Part shown: positions 30,045 through 41,007 of the stretch, piece after piece | Numbering within the stretch: the stretch's first letter is position 1 | Layout of the letters: every line of letters begins with the position of its first letter | Source: Candidatus Falkowbacteria bacterium | GTDB taxonomy: Bacteria > Patescibacteriota > Patescibacteriia > Patescibacteriales > VMTK01 | DNA length: 64,000 nt | Reading direction: 5' to 3' | Assembly (NCBI GenBank): GCA_013791585.1 | Contig: VMTK01000005.1 | Coordinates: forward strand, 18,484-82,483 | The notes under the pieces: generated by a model | The model's input: only the letters and a program-made list of their open reading frames with translations | Told to the model about the DNA's origin: nothing | Databases searched by the model: none | Position numbers and translations under genes: made by a program

Positions 30045-32456
30045 CTAAAATCCGGGGAACTGGCTTTTTACTGTTGCTTTGTCGTTTTCATCAGTTAAAA
30101 TATTAAGCAAAGAACTTACGGCTGTTTTCATTTTGTCTTTTTCTCCAAGCTTTTGATAAAGCACCGCCAAGCTGTACAGCGAATTCGCGTGATTGGGTAT
30201 TGCTTGCGTAATGCTTAAAAACGCCTGCTCGGCTAAATTTAAATCTTCGTTGCGGCTGATCGCGCTAGTTGCCGGCTGGCTGGCTTCTACGCTTAATTCA
30301 TCTTCTTCGTTTTCGCCGATTGTGATTTCTTCGGCCGCTGTCTGAGATAAATTCGGCTGGACCACTCCTCTGTTAAAATAAAGCCGGCCAAGCTCAAATC
30401 TGTAATTTATATTATTTCTGTCAATTATAACCGCTTTTTTTAACTGTTCAATTGATTCGTCATTATCGGCTATGCTCTCATAAGCGACTGACTTGCCGTA
30501 ATATGCCGCGGCTAAATCGGATTTTTTCGCGATTGCTTCATCATATTTTTTAATCGCTTCTTGAATGAAATATTCCTTTTCCGCTTGATCAGACTCAAGC
30601 CTTGCCCGAGCCATGCTGACTAAAGCTAAACGAACATAAGGCGTGGGATTATTAGGGTCAAGCTCGGCTGTTTTATTATAATAAGTTTCCGCCCACTCCA
30701 GCGCGCCTCTGATATAAAATGACGAGTTCTCGTAAATCAGCGCCAGCGCCTCATTGCAGCTCGCCTTATTAGGCGCTATTTCAACGGCTTTTTTGCCGTT
30801 TTCAATAGACATGCTTAAATAATTCTGAAAATCTTGATTGTTATTCTGCGCCTGTCGGTTGGCCAATGACATGTAGCTATTGGCTAAATTTATGTAATAA
30901 ATATCCCTGTAAGGCGCGAGCGCGGCGGCTTTTTCCAATTTTGCTATTTTTTCTTCCAAGGTTGGCGCGCGCAGGCTTTCGTTAACATAAGCATCGGCCA
31001 AGTACATCTTGATGCCCAAAGTGAACAAAACAACCACGCCGGCGCTTACGCACAGGAAAATGGCGGCCAATGCCAGCGCGTATTTCGGGGAAGTCCTGAA
31101 AGATAAATTTATTGAATTGAACTTTTCCGGATAAACTATAATGGCGGACGACACGGCAAAAGTGGAAATTAAAACAGCGAATAATATTATACCGCTATTC
31201 AATGAAAAAAGAAGCGAAAGTATAAAAACCGCGGCAAAACCGGCAAAAAGAGACAAGACGATTGAATGCGTTTCTTTGTCGCCAGACTTAATTAAAGCTA
31301 TAAAGCAAAGCGAAATCGCTATTAATGCTATGATCACGAATGATAAAGCGCCCAATACTCCGACATTGGCTAAAAGCTCAAACAAAGATCCGCTGGCGCT
31401 GTCAAATCGCGCGTTCCAAAGAGGAGAATTGTTGAATGCCAAGTCTTTGTATTTCGTAAAACTGTAATAAAAAGTGGAAGGCCCTGACCCAAAAATAGGA
31501 TCCTTTATTATGCTGGCTTTCGCGATATCCCATGAAGCGCCGCGCGACAAGCTTACTTCAGCCGGCAAATCCAAACTTTTAAAATTAAAATTACCCAAGA
31601 CTAAAAGCGTGATTAACAATAAAAAAGCGGCCAGCGGAATAATTAAATTATTCTGAGAAATCTTAATCACTTTTGACAGAAAAAACATTAAGACAATAAC
31701 AATTCCGACTATGGCGGCCGGCAAAAAAGCAAATCCCTTTAACAAAGCCAGCACTGCCAAAGAAATTAAACTGACAATTAATAATAAAATCTTAACAAAA
31801 ATTTTAATAAACTTGCTTTTGAGATTCGGGTGTATTTCATTGATTTGCGCGGCGGCTACGATAAACAGGGGCAAAACGCTTGCTATAAACACGGTAAGCG
31901 CCGACGCTGATCCAAGAGCATTAAAGCTGATCGCTTTGGTAATCGCGAAAGGAAGAATGAAAATGCCCAAAAGCTGCAGCAGCGAATAAACAGCTATCAA
32001 ACTGCTTGAAAAAATCAAAGACCAAAATATCAGCTTGATTCTTTTAATGTTGATATTATTAACCATTAAATAATAAAACAAGGCGAAAATAACAACAGCG
32101 GCCAAACTTTTCGCTGAATTCCCATAAGCTCCTATCAAACTGTCTTTGTAATTGACGGACAGAATAGTTGAAACAGCAACCGAAGCGATCAGCGCTATTA
32201 TCGGCCAATCCAGAGGAGTCCTCTTGAGCTTGAGCTCTCCTTCCGTAATGCCCTTTGTTACCCATGCCACAATTCCGATTAAGACTAAAAAATAAAATAG
32301 CATCATTTTTTCAAAACCCATTCCTTGGGCCGCGAAACCGGTAAAAAACAGCGGGCAAAGGAAAAAAATAAGCGAAATAGCGCTTACAATAATAAAATCC
32401 AATGCCTTAACGCCGGCTTTTGTTTTTGTTAAGGATGATTTCAAGATGGTTGACAT
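30045..32456 (-). CDS. O-antigen ligase-like multi-TM protein with C-terminal TPRs
   Basis: Many TM helices, PIFGSGP.TF motif, TPR-like helices (AVEIAPN, ELDPNNP, AYYGK). Confidence 0.75.
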   Translation of the reverse strand: MSTILKSSLTKTKAGVKALDFIIVSAISLIFFLCPLFFTGFAAQGMGFEKMMLFYFLVLIGIVAWVTKGITEGELKLKRTPLDWPIIALIASVAVSTILSVNYKDSLIGAYGNSAKSLAAVVIFALFYYLMVNNINIKRIKLIFWSLIFSSSLIAVYSLLQLLGIFILPFAITKAISFNALGSASALTVFIASVLPLFIVAAAQINEIHPNLKSKFIKIFVKILLLIVSLISLAVLALLKGFAFLPAAIVGIVIVLMFFLSKVIKISQNNLIIPLAAFLLLITLLVLGNFNFKSLDLPAEVSLSRGASWDIAKASIIKDPIFGSGPSTFYYSFTKYKDLAFNNSPLWNARFDSASGSLFELLANVGVLGALSFVIIALIAISLCFIALIKSGDKETHSIVLSLFAGFAAVFILSLLFSLNSGIILFAVLISTFAVSSAIIVYPEKFNSINLSFRTSPKYALALAAIFLCVSAGVVVLFTLGIKMYLADAYVNESLRAPTLEEKIAKLEKAAALAPYRDIYYINLANSYMSLANRQAQNNNQDFQNYLSMSIENGKKAVEIAPNKASCNEALALIYENSSFYIRGALEWAETYYNKTAELDPNNPTPYVRLALVSMARARLESDQAEKEYFIQEAIKKYDEAIAKKSDLAAAYYGKSVAYESIADNDESIEQLKKAVIIDRNNINYRFELGRLYFNRGVVQPNLSQTAAEEITIGENEEDELSVEASQPATSAISRNEDLNLAEQAFLSITQAIPNHANSLYSLAVLYQKLGEKDKMKTAVSSLLNILTDENDKATVKSQFPGF

Positions 32457-32570
32457 AGTAAAATAGCGCGAATAATAACGTTAGCTTCTTAAAGCTAAAG
32501 CGCTACATATCCACATAAATAATATTTATAATTTGAGTATATCACAAACATAATTGCCGCGCAATAATAT

Positions 32571-32810
32571 GTCGCAATTACTGAACGAAGCTCGAACCTT
32601 TTTTGAACAAAACTCCGACTGATTGCTCCCGCCGTTGGCGGGACGGCAGAAACTAAACGCTCGGGCGGGCAAAAAGCGAAGTCCCATACCGAACTTGTTC
32701 TGGTGCGGGGGAAGGGGGTTGGGGGGAAGGAATTTTTGCCCGCCCTTGCTTTCCGATTCCAATTTTTCCGCCGCCGCCGCATTTCGTGCCAGTGAAACTG
32801 GCGCGCCGCC
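32571..32810 (-). repeat. Long structured repeat, copy A
   Basis: 32594-32787 is the reverse complement of 35668-35861 (about 3 mismatches); the outer end also matches up to 46827. Confidence 0.93.
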
Positions 32811-32889
32811 TTATTTCAAGTTTACTGATTTTGCTCTTTAGCGGCAAATTCTTTTTAAAACTACATAATATTTCTATAGCTTGCTCGTA

Positions 32890-34338
32890 TTACTGTTTTA
32901 TTAGAGAACCAGAAAATGCTATTCCACCCATAAATTCTTGTCCGGAATATATATGTTCTCCTCCTATAATCATCTTGGAAAAGGTTAATGTATTTCCCGC
33001 AAGTTGAAACTCTAAACTCGTGTTTTCACCAAACAGAATCACCATAGACCCCTCTTTTTTCCAATTCAGTAATCCAATCTTTTCGTCGGGTGAACTTATT
33101 GTCCCATCTTGATTAAATGTAATCATCCAATCATGTGTAAATACTTCCTGACTTCCTCCTGCTGTATTTTGCAAGACACCCGCCCATGTGGTTCCGCCAA
33201 CCGAATTATTATTTTCGGTATGTGATTGCTCCTTTTGTGTTTCCACCTTGATTTTGCTCACTTCCGTTTGCGCGGAGTTTTCTGAAGCATTTGCCGACTC
33301 TGCTGGCTGATTAACCCCTAATATATTCTCAATCTCCTCCACTGTCACTGCGTCATTAGTAACACCTTGTTCTTTCATCCATTCATTTACCTCTTCTTTT
33401 TCCAAAACCGAAACTTCTGTTGCTGGCTCTGGCTTTTCTTTTGTGGGGGTAGGTAATTTAATGCCGATTACCGACCCTGACTGAATTGTAGAATTAAGTT
33501 GTTCGGCTCCAAATGTTACAGCATTCAGTTTATCAATACCTAGGACTAGATTAGTAGGCAAAGTAGCGACCATTAAAATAGCCGCAGCCGGTTCCGTTAT
33601 TTTGCGGACATCTCCCACGATAGAAGATATTTTGTTTTTATCGCCTAGCGCCATTTTAGCAGTATCATCAGTAATTTCCAGCGTTAAATCTGCGCCACTG
33701 ACAATTACAGCGACCTGACCAAAAGTTCCACCACTAGCAATAGCAGCTGTTCCTCCCGTAAGCGCGATTGTTCCTACAAATACGGTCACCTTGCTAGCGT
33801 TTTTAACCACAGTCGCTCGATTCTCACAGGTTTGAAAAACATCTCCTTCTTCTCCGTAAGCCTCTCTGCTTATTTCATCTTGGGATTGATTAAGAACAAG
33901 CTGAGCCATTTTTGCGTCTACTCCCAAAAACTGAGCAAGTGTTCTAATTTTTCTTCCCATTGGAGCTTTATCAACAATATTTGTAATTTCTTCTTTAGTG
34001 TAAGCCTGTACTGTTTCGACAAATTTAAGACTTACTTTTTCCTCTGCCATTTTATTGGCTAAATTTTCTAGAACAATAGCTTCTTTTCCCAATGCTTCCC
34101 AATTTTTAATTATATCTGTCATTTCACTACTCCAAGCGTCATAATCGGCATAGTTCTTGGCATTTATCAACACATTGTCAGTTCGGTATCTCAAGGCGGC
34201 ATATTCCCGAGAGATATTAAGCGTGCTTTCCAAAATTGCCTGCTCTTGTGTCTGAGGCGCTTGGCGATTGTTGAGAAAATAAAAAATTCCGCCGACAAAA
34301 ATGATAATTACTATTGCTACGATGATTATTTTTTTCAT
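32890..34338 (-). CDS. Membrane-anchored or secreted hypothetical protein
   Basis: 482-aa ORF with N-terminal TM and a Gly/Ala-rich hydrophobic central segment. Confidence 0.75.
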   Translation of the reverse strand: MKKIIIVAIVIIIFVGGIFYFLNNRQAPQTQEQAILESTLNISREYAALRYRTDNVLINAKNYADYDAWSSEMTDIIKNWEALGKEAIVLENLANKMAEEKVSLKFVETVQAYTKEEITNIVDKAPMGRKIRTLAQFLGVDAKMAQLVLNQSQDEISREAYGEEGDVFQTCENRATVVKNASKVTVFVGTIALTGGTAAIASGGTFGQVAVIVSGADLTLEITDDTAKMALGDKNKISSIVGDVRKITEPAAAILMVATLPTNLVLGIDKLNAVTFGAEQLNSTIQSGSVIGIKLPTPTKEKPEPATEVSVLEKEEVNEWMKEQGVTNDAVTVEEIENILGVNQPAESANASENSAQTEVSKIKVETQKEQSHTENNNSVGGTTWAGVLQNTAGGSQEVFTHDWMITFNQDGTISSPDEKIGLLNWKKEGSMVILFGENTSLEFQLAGNTLTFSKMIIGGEHIYSGQEFMGGIAFSGSLIKQ

Positions 34339-34603
34339 AATGGTTCTTTAATATTTTAAATATTTAATTATCCTCAGTATAGTTCCTTATTGTTAATAGA
34401 TAAATCGTTTTCGCAGCCCCGTTATTCAACGGGATAAACTCCGCGGAGAAAACACCATATATCCCTCTTGTATTTAAAGAAAAAGAAATTTGAAATTTTT
34501 TTAAAACAATTGGGCGATAACCCAAAAGGAAAAGGAATATTTCAGCTAACTCGTTTTTATACGAATTGTTTCCGCTATTTTATTGAAAATTTACTAAATT
34601 TGA

Positions 34604-35335
34604 TTATTCTCCTAAGCCACTAAGCGCAGTCGTCTCAATTTTTTTATTGAGATTAGCAATGTTAAAGCCAAATAATATCACTTCTTGCACATTTAAAGGA
34701 AAAATTGTTTTAATGTCTTTTGGATAAAGCGAGCCGTCTCTTGGCGACTCATGAGACATTTTGTTTATATCGCGATATGACAATTCGTTCGGATAATTTA
34801 TTTTAGCTGGCACGGACTTCCCGCTTAATTCCTTTAATTTGCCATTTTGCATAATAAACTCTCCACAGCGAACCCAAACATACAATGGAAACAAACCATC
34901 TTCCGTCGGATTTAAATTCCCTATAACGCAAAAATTACGGCTATCAGCTGTTGTTTTCCAACTAAAATATTTTTGCGTTAAAAGATAGTCCGTAATAAAT
35001 TTTTCCAATTGATCATCGCCAAAACTTGAGGTTGGTTTTTTACAGCAAATACACGGGCATTTTAAACCAACAATATCACCCAAATAGTCCGCCTTGTTTT
35101 TGCAAAAGTCAGCTTTATGGTTCCAGTAAAACTCTAAGTCTTCTGCTCTTTTATCATCAAGAATGTTTATTATTTCACCACCTTTTTCTTTTGCCAAACA
35201 CTCGTCCGCGGTAATTCTAACTTGCTTAACAACCTCGGGCTGAACCTTTTTGTTATAAAGAAAAAATCCCACACCGGCAAAAACTGCCAATATTATTACT
35301 GATAAAACAATTAAAACATATTTATTCATTTTCAT
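34604..35335 (-). CDS. Membrane-anchored hypothetical protein
   Basis: 243-aa ORF with N-terminal TM and a Cys cluster. Confidence 0.7.
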   Translation of the reverse strand: MKMNKYVLIVLSVIILAVFAGVGFFLYNKKVQPEVVKQVRITADECLAKEKGGEIINILDDKRAEDLEFYWNHKADFCKNKADYLGDIVGLKCPCICCKKPTSSFGDDQLEKFITDYLLTQKYFSWKTTADSRNFCVIGNLNPTEDGLFPLYVWVRCGEFIMQNGKLKELSGKSVPAKINYPNELSYRDINKMSHESPRDGSLYPKDIKTIFPLNVQEVILFGFNIANLNKKIETTALSGLGE

Positions 35336-35345
35336 TTGTGTTTTT

Positions 35346-35552
35346 TTATTTTAATAAATCCTCAATTGAAACGCCAAATGCCTTGGCTATTTTAGACATA
35401 ATCATAACGGACGGTTTTCTAATTACATTACTTTCAATTTTTGTCAGGGTAGTATATTTAACACCGGATTTTTTGGCAAAATCCTCTTGCGACAAACCAA
35501 TCCTTGCCCGTTGTTTTTTTATATTTTCCCCTATATTAATTTCTGTTGCCAT
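35346..35552 (-). CDS. XRE-family HTH regulator
   Basis: IGENIKKQR..GLSQEDFA..SGV.YTTL.KIE...PS....KIA.AFGVSIEDL. Confidence 0.92.
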   Translation of the reverse strand: MATEINIGENIKKQRARIGLSQEDFAKKSGVKYTTLTKIESNVIRKPSVMIMSKIAKAFGVSIEDLLK

Positions 35553-35554
35553 AT

Positions 35555-35608
35555 TTTCAATTATTTGATAGTATGATAATGATGTGTTATACTTTCAATA
35601 TAATGATA
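35555..35608. promoter_or_regulatory. Candidate XRE operators TTTCAA-N5-TGATA x2
   Basis: 35555-35570 and 35593-35608, immediately upstream of the XRE start codon. Confidence 0.45.
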
Positions 35609-35642
35609 CCAAATTTTATAAAAACAATCAAACAAAATTCTT

Positions 35643-35861
35643 GGCGGCGCATTTCGCAAAGCGAAATACGAAATTCGGCGGCGGCGGAAAAATCGGAATC
35701 GGAAAGCAAGGGCGGGCAAAAATTCCTTCCCCCCAACCCCCTTCCCCCGCACCAGAACAAGTTCGGTATGGGACTTCGCTTTTTGCCCGCCCGAGCGTTC
35801 AGTTTCTGCCGTCCCGCCAACGGCGGGAGCAATCAGTCGGAGTTTTGTTCAAAAAAGGTTC
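35643..35861 (+). repeat. Long structured repeat, copy B (partner of A)
   Basis: Inverted, near-identical match to 32594-32787. Confidence 0.93.
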
Positions 35862-35902
35862 AAAATTAAAAAAGCAATTCCGCCCCTAAATTCAAAGGCA
35901 AA

Positions 35903-36069
35903 GGCGGGCAAAAAAGGAAGGGGTTTTTTTTTGGGGGGGGAGGGAAATTTTTGCCCGCCGTGCCTTCCTCCCGCCGGAGCATGTCCCGCACACCGATGCG
36001 GGAACGGGCTAATCCGCCTCTTTTTTAAGCCAAGATTATTTTTCGTGCCAATATCATTGGCGCGCCGCC
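35903..36069 (-). repeat. Long structured repeat, copy D (partner of C)
   Basis: Reverse complement ACGAAAAATAATCTTGGCTT...GAGGCGGATTAG...GGCGGGAGGAAGGC.CGGCGGGCAAAAATTTCC matches 46566-46675. Confidence 0.85.
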
Positions 36070-36713
36070 TTAATTTATTAAAAATTCTTTTGCTTTATCT
36101 AAATTTTGCCGAAAATTACTTCTATTTGTAAAAATTAAGTTTGATGATTTTAAATAAAAAATAAATTTAGAAAAATTTTCAATATTCGTCGAAAACATTT
36201 TTACATATTCCTTAAATAAATCTTTCGCGCCATTTGGAAGTTCTCTCTTAAGTTTATTTAAAAAAAATTATATAATTGTGTATCAATTTTATTCTTTTCT
36301 TTTAATTTCAAATATGTTGTTGCCATAAAAGCATAGTTAAACGGTTCTCCTTCGCAACCTCCATTAAAAATTTTTTTATCTATTTTATTATTAATTATCG
36401 GATTAAAAAAGGCATGATGAGTTTCATGAAATAGACATCCCCACAAATTTTCCGGATATTTTTTTTGAATATTCCTATTGTATATTCCCATTTTAACGAT
36501 ATGGGGATTGCATGTAGAGTCGTATGCTGCTCCACCTGTTGAATTGTTCAATTCTATTTTTATTTGATCATCATTCCATGCTTGACCAAAAACTTCTTCA
36601 ATGGTTGGGAAAACAACCTCGATATCATCAAGGTATTTTTTTAGTTTTTCAACAGCTTCCGTATCTTCAGAAAATTTTTGTAAATTTGTAATTAAATAGT
36701 GTGTAGTTTCCAT
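36070..36713 (-). pseudogene. HExxH zincin-like protein frameshifted at a T8 tract
   Basis: LFHETHH motif. The ORF stops at 36258 right after the T8 run; +1 nt opens about 63 more codons to TAA at 36070. Confidence 0.6.
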
Positions 36714-36730
36714 TAAAATAAAATGTTAAA

Positions 36731-36901
36731 TTATTTTTTCCAATCTTTTATAATTATACTCTTTCCTTTCATTTTAACAACGACTTTTTGTTTTTCTCTC
36801 CATTTCAATTTATTAATCATTTCAATCGGGATCGTCACGGCATAACTATCCCCGCTCTTCAAAATTTTCCTTATATTTTCGTCTTCATTTTTTCTTCTCA
36901 T
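36731..36901 (-). CDS. AbrB/MazE/SpoVT-family DNA-binding protein
   Basis: Manual translation MRRKNEDENIRKILKSGDSYAVTIPIEMINKLKWREKQKVVVKMKGKSIIIKDWKK*. Confidence 0.8.
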   Translation of the reverse strand: MRRKNEDENIRKILKSGDSYAVTIPIEMINKLKWREKQKVVVKMKGKSIIIKDWKK

Positions 36902-36925
36902 AAAATACTGATTTTAATCATTATT

Positions 36926-38155
36926 TTAATAAAACCATGTTATATCTGGATTCTTAATTTCTTCAACGTTGCTTTGCTTCAGCTTGTATAATCCATCCTC
37001 TAAAATTGTTTTCCAGGTACCTTGATAATAATAGTATTCCACTTCACCGAGAAGCCAATTCTTTGTGCCAAATTTTATATACACAGTATCTTTGGATTTG
37101 TTATAGGGTTCAACTGAGATAACGTCTACATCTATTATATCATTGAAGCGGTTGGTCCACTCTTCAAGGGTAGTATATTTTTTATATGTACTACTTAATA
37201 AATTAAATCCATTGCTCATGCTTCTGGCTTTTAAATAAGTATAAAAGGCTTTGACTCCTTCTACGGGCGAAAGACTGGGATTAACCTCTATTTTAGCTAT
37301 GGACTGGTCGGTGAAAAGATCTATAAGATGGTTTGCAATATCTGCGGCAATGAAAAGCGATTGGCCGGACATGCTCATTGTATTAATACCTACTACGTTT
37401 CCACAAATATCAGTCAATGGTCCTCCGCTCATACCTTCGACTAAACCAAAATCGGTCTGGAGATAACCCACTGATTCTTTTTTTGATTTACGATAATCCA
37501 AATAGTTACCTTTTATAACAGTAGGATCGCCGGTTAAATCTGTTCCGAGCGGATAGCCTGCTGCTATTAATTGTTCTTCGGGCTTGAAACTAAGAGAATT
37601 AGGTAGAGAAAAAACAAAATCAAAGTAATTTTTATCAGTATATAAGATCGCCAGGTCGGCTTTTTGATCGCCGGTTATTTTTATAGGCGTGATAAAGGTG
37701 CCATCAGGAAAAATAATTTTTGGGCTTGGCTCGCCATCAATAACATGAAAGTTAGTAAGTATCTGATCAGGCGCAATAAAAAAACCACTGCCCTCGGAAT
37801 ATCCGCCAACAATTCGTACAACAGATTTTTTCAGTTTTTCCTGCGCGTCAAACTTGCAATATAATTTTTGGTACCAACTATGGTGCGTCATCAAATAGTC
37901 ATTCATGACCAAACCGGTAACCGCCAGATAAGCCAATAAAATAATCGCGAGTAAAAATTTGAAGAAACTTTTAAAGCTACGGAAAGGATATGAAAATATA
38001 TAAGTCAAGGCGGCCTTAAAAGCAGTATCAACGGACTTATAGATGGCGGATATTGATTTTAATAATTTTATATCAGAATAATAATATAATTTTTCTGAGT
38101 TTTTATCTTTTTCTTTTTCGTCCTTAAATTTTTTTATGGTATAGATTAACTTCAT
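36926..38155 (-). CDS. Membrane-anchored trypsin-like (S1C) serine protease
   Basis: GSGFF, LTNFHV, DLAIL, GYPLG, GMSGGPL catalytic triad motifs. Confidence 0.88.
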   Translation of the reverse strand: MKLIYTIKKFKDEKEKDKNSEKLYYYSDIKLLKSISAIYKSVDTAFKAALTYIFSYPFRSFKSFFKFLLAIILLAYLAVTGLVMNDYLMTHHSWYQKLYCKFDAQEKLKKSVVRIVGGYSEGSGFFIAPDQILTNFHVIDGEPSPKIIFPDGTFITPIKITGDQKADLAILYTDKNYFDFVFSLPNSLSFKPEEQLIAAGYPLGTDLTGDPTVIKGNYLDYRKSKKESVGYLQTDFGLVEGMSGGPLTDICGNVVGINTMSMSGQSLFIAADIANHLIDLFTDQSIAKIEVNPSLSPVEGVKAFYTYLKARSMSNGFNLLSSTYKKYTTLEEWTNRFNDIIDVDVISVEPYNKSKDTVYIKFGTKNWLLGEVEYYYYQGTWKTILEDGLYKLKQSNVEEIKNPDITWFY

Positions 38156-38179
38156 TGCCGGATAATTATTTGATTAGTT

Positions 38180-38623
38180 TTATTTAATCTCTTCGGCATT
38201 TTTAATAAAACTTCTAATTGCCGGATTTCTTCTTTTATTAGCTTCGGCGAGTTGACAAAGCGTTTTATAATTCATTTTCCACCCCTCTAAAAATTTATAT
38301 TTTTTATTTAATAAAACTAAAATAGCAAAATCGAATTCGTGTTTAGAAAAAATTCCCACCCTACCCTTTATTTTATCTCCAATAATACGTCTAGTTTTTA
38401 TCTGATATTTGTTCTCTTTTCTATCTACGGCATCATAGCCAGCATTTATTTGATCTGCAATTAAAAAAAGATTTAATTTATGACAAATTAATATTTCCCC
38501 AACTTCGGCGGTAATTCCCGATTTTCTTTCTGTTAAATTTTCATATTCCAAAGACGCAGAAATAACTTTTTCAATTGCGCTTAAAACAGAGGGGGTAATT
38601 TTAATAAAAGTATTTTTTTTCAT
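38180..38623 (-). CDS. Putative PD-(D/E)xK nuclease-fold protein
   Basis: EVGE...AGYDAVD....YQIKTR pattern. Confidence 0.55.
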   Translation of the reverse strand: MKKNTFIKITPSVLSAIEKVISASLEYENLTERKSGITAEVGEILICHKLNLFLIADQINAGYDAVDRKENKYQIKTRRIIGDKIKGRVGIFSKHEFDFAILVLLNKKYKFLEGWKMNYKTLCQLAEANKRRNPAIRSFIKNAEEIK

Positions 38624-38627
38624 AAAA

Positions 38628-38831
38628 TTACTTTCTATTTTTATATCTCATTCGAAAATTTTCTTTTCTTTCTATTGTATGAACTAAGCAATTTTCATCT
38701 TTACAGTTTACCAATAAACATTTAGCGCAATTTTCATCATTGCATTTGCAGTTTACGCCAAATTCTTTTTTAAACCCTTTAATCATTTTTATTTTTGTCA
38801 AATTATTGTTCATTGTATTAACATTAATCAA
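38628..38831 (-). CDS. Small Cys-rich hypothetical protein
   Basis: CKC...CAKC...C...C..H; tightly spaced with neighbours. Confidence 0.5.
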   Translation of the reverse strand: MINVNTMNNNLTKIKMIKGFKKEFGVNCKCNDENCAKCLLVNCKDENCLVHTIERKENFRMRYKNRK

Positions 38832-38859
38832 TTTTGATAAACGAGCGTTTAAAATAAAA

Positions 38860-39051
38860 TTATTCTTTTAACCCCTTGTCGGCTAAACAGAATTTATAGC
38901 TATTCCAAAAAAGGTCTTGGTTTGCCGCATCCGGCATAGAAGAGTTAATACAGACTTTTTTTATCAAGCTTGGCCTATATTCATACCAGTAAAAAGCGCC
39001 GCCTAAAATTAGTAGGATTAAGATACTGACGATATAAAATTGTTTTTTCAT
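38860..39051 (-). CDS. Small membrane-anchored hypothetical protein
   Basis: N-terminal TM followed by FYWYEYRP...C...C. Confidence 0.6.
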   Translation of the reverse strand: MKKQFYIVSILILLILGGAFYWYEYRPSLIKKVCINSSMPDAANQDLFWNSYKFCLADKGLKE

Positions 39052-39188
39052 AAAAAAATATTTAAAGAATAATTTTATTTAGCTCGCAAACCACCACCCC
39101 ATCCCGACATTCTCACCCATCCCCCAAACGGCGTGACGGTGGTAGGCTTCGCCTCGGCTCGAGCGAACGAATTTTTTGACATCGATAT

Positions 39189-40997
39189 TTATTTAAATTT
39201 TGCCGGATCGGTATAAACCTCTAAAAAAAGCGGCGAGCCGGTAAACGACAACGGAGAAACTGGACCAAAAAACATAAATGGAAATTTATTATTACTGCTG
39301 GGATCAATAAATGATTTATAAAGTTGTTTGGCAGAATCATTATTTACTAGTTCGCTCACTTTTCTTAATTCTGAGCTAGATGTTAAACCATAACCAAACG
39401 CAAAAATTCGCATCTGTCTAAGTATTTCCTCGTCTAGCGATTCAAGAGTTTGTGTAATAAACATATACCCTATGCCATATTTTCTCGTTGTTCTCACGGA
39501 GCCAATAATCTCGGTGGTTAGCTCTTTTACTCTTGGGTCAGAAGAGTCAGAAGCAATAAAACGGTGCGCTTCATCCATTACTATCAAACAATTTGCTTTC
39601 TTACCTTGAGTGTATAGTTTTGCCCCTGCTTCAACAATATTTTCTTCAATAATTTTTATAAATAATGCTTGTATGTTTTCATTTTCGATCTCGCCGCTAC
39701 GACCACTTATATCTAAAACTATAAAATTGCCATTTTGGGTAACTGTCTTATCAACTATTTCTTCGACAGATATCTTTTTCCCGCCATGATCTTTTTGTTG
39801 ATGAAAAAGTTTCAAAGCCGCATCCCATTTTGCCAAAATAGTGCGCTGGCTATCTAAGTTTTCTGAAATAAATTTGACTCTACTATTTAGTCTTGAACGA
39901 GTATCCTTTGTTCCAAAAACACCATAAACATATTTTGAAAAACCCATTCTTTTTTCCTCTTCATCTTTCAGTTCTAAAAACCTTGATAACATTTCTGAAA
40001 GTAATTTTTTACCATCACTTAGCGAACTTAAATTAAATATGGGGTTATTTGATCTTCCTTGCAAATAATCCACAACCGAATCTTTCATCATCTCAATCTT
40101 TTCTTCTGTATACAGAGGTTTAAACGCTTCTCCTATAAAACCGTTATTTGATAATAAATCTCCAAAAAGTTCATATTTATCTCCTGGTAAATATATGTCG
40201 TTCAAAATTTCGTATTTCTCATAATTCATCCCGATTTTTTTTATTCTCGGTTCTAGTTTTTCATTTTCCACCCCCAATAGCTCTCGATCCGTATAGAATT
40301 GCTTTTGTGGATCTAAAACTAGAATACTAATGTTATTTTTATTTTTTGCATAACCCAGGAGCATATACGCCGCGGTAACGGTTTTACCCGAACCAGTTTT
40401 ACCAAAGACTCCTATATGGTAAGCGTCTCCGGCGCCGGCCTCATGATTTTTTTTATCAGTTCTATCGAAGTGCTTAAACCAAAGGGGTAAATCTACGTCT
40501 GTGCCATAAACTTTCCCCAAAAAAGTTATATCTTTTTCATAATTTTTCATTAAGGCCGTCATAACTTCATTATTCATTTTTTTAATTCTTTCGCCCGTAG
40601 ACGGTGAAGTTCCGAGAATATAACTCTCGGGAGCGCTTTCACCTAGGTTATAACACGCCTGGACACTAATTGTTGCGATTCTATTATCGGCAGTGCCGCT
40701 TAAATGGGGTAATCTCCCATGTCTCTTAATCACGCCCTTAAACGATGGATCTTCGTGCCATCTATTTTTTGTTTGTATATCAATTATTTGTCCTATTACC
40801 AAAATATTCTTACCATCTTCTTCTAAAACGGCATAGGCCATTTATCCCAATGTTCTTTCTGTTTTACATTCCTCCGTAATGTCTATGGTTATATCAAGAG
40901 TATTGCTGGGAGAGCTTGTTATTCCAACGGCATTTTTACCCTGACTTTTAATTACATCCAACAAATGTTCAGAAATTGTTTTTTGTGATTTATCCAT
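39189..40997 (-). CDS. herA: HerA/FtsK-family ATPase, interrupted by one in-frame TAA at 40842-40844
   Basis: Walker A GKTGSGKT, Walker B IVMDEAH, RKYGIG..FITQ. An upstream in-frame segment from ATG 40997 supplies the start of a HAS-barrel-like N-terminus. Confidence 0.85.
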
Positions 40998-41007
40998 AAT
41001 TATTTGA

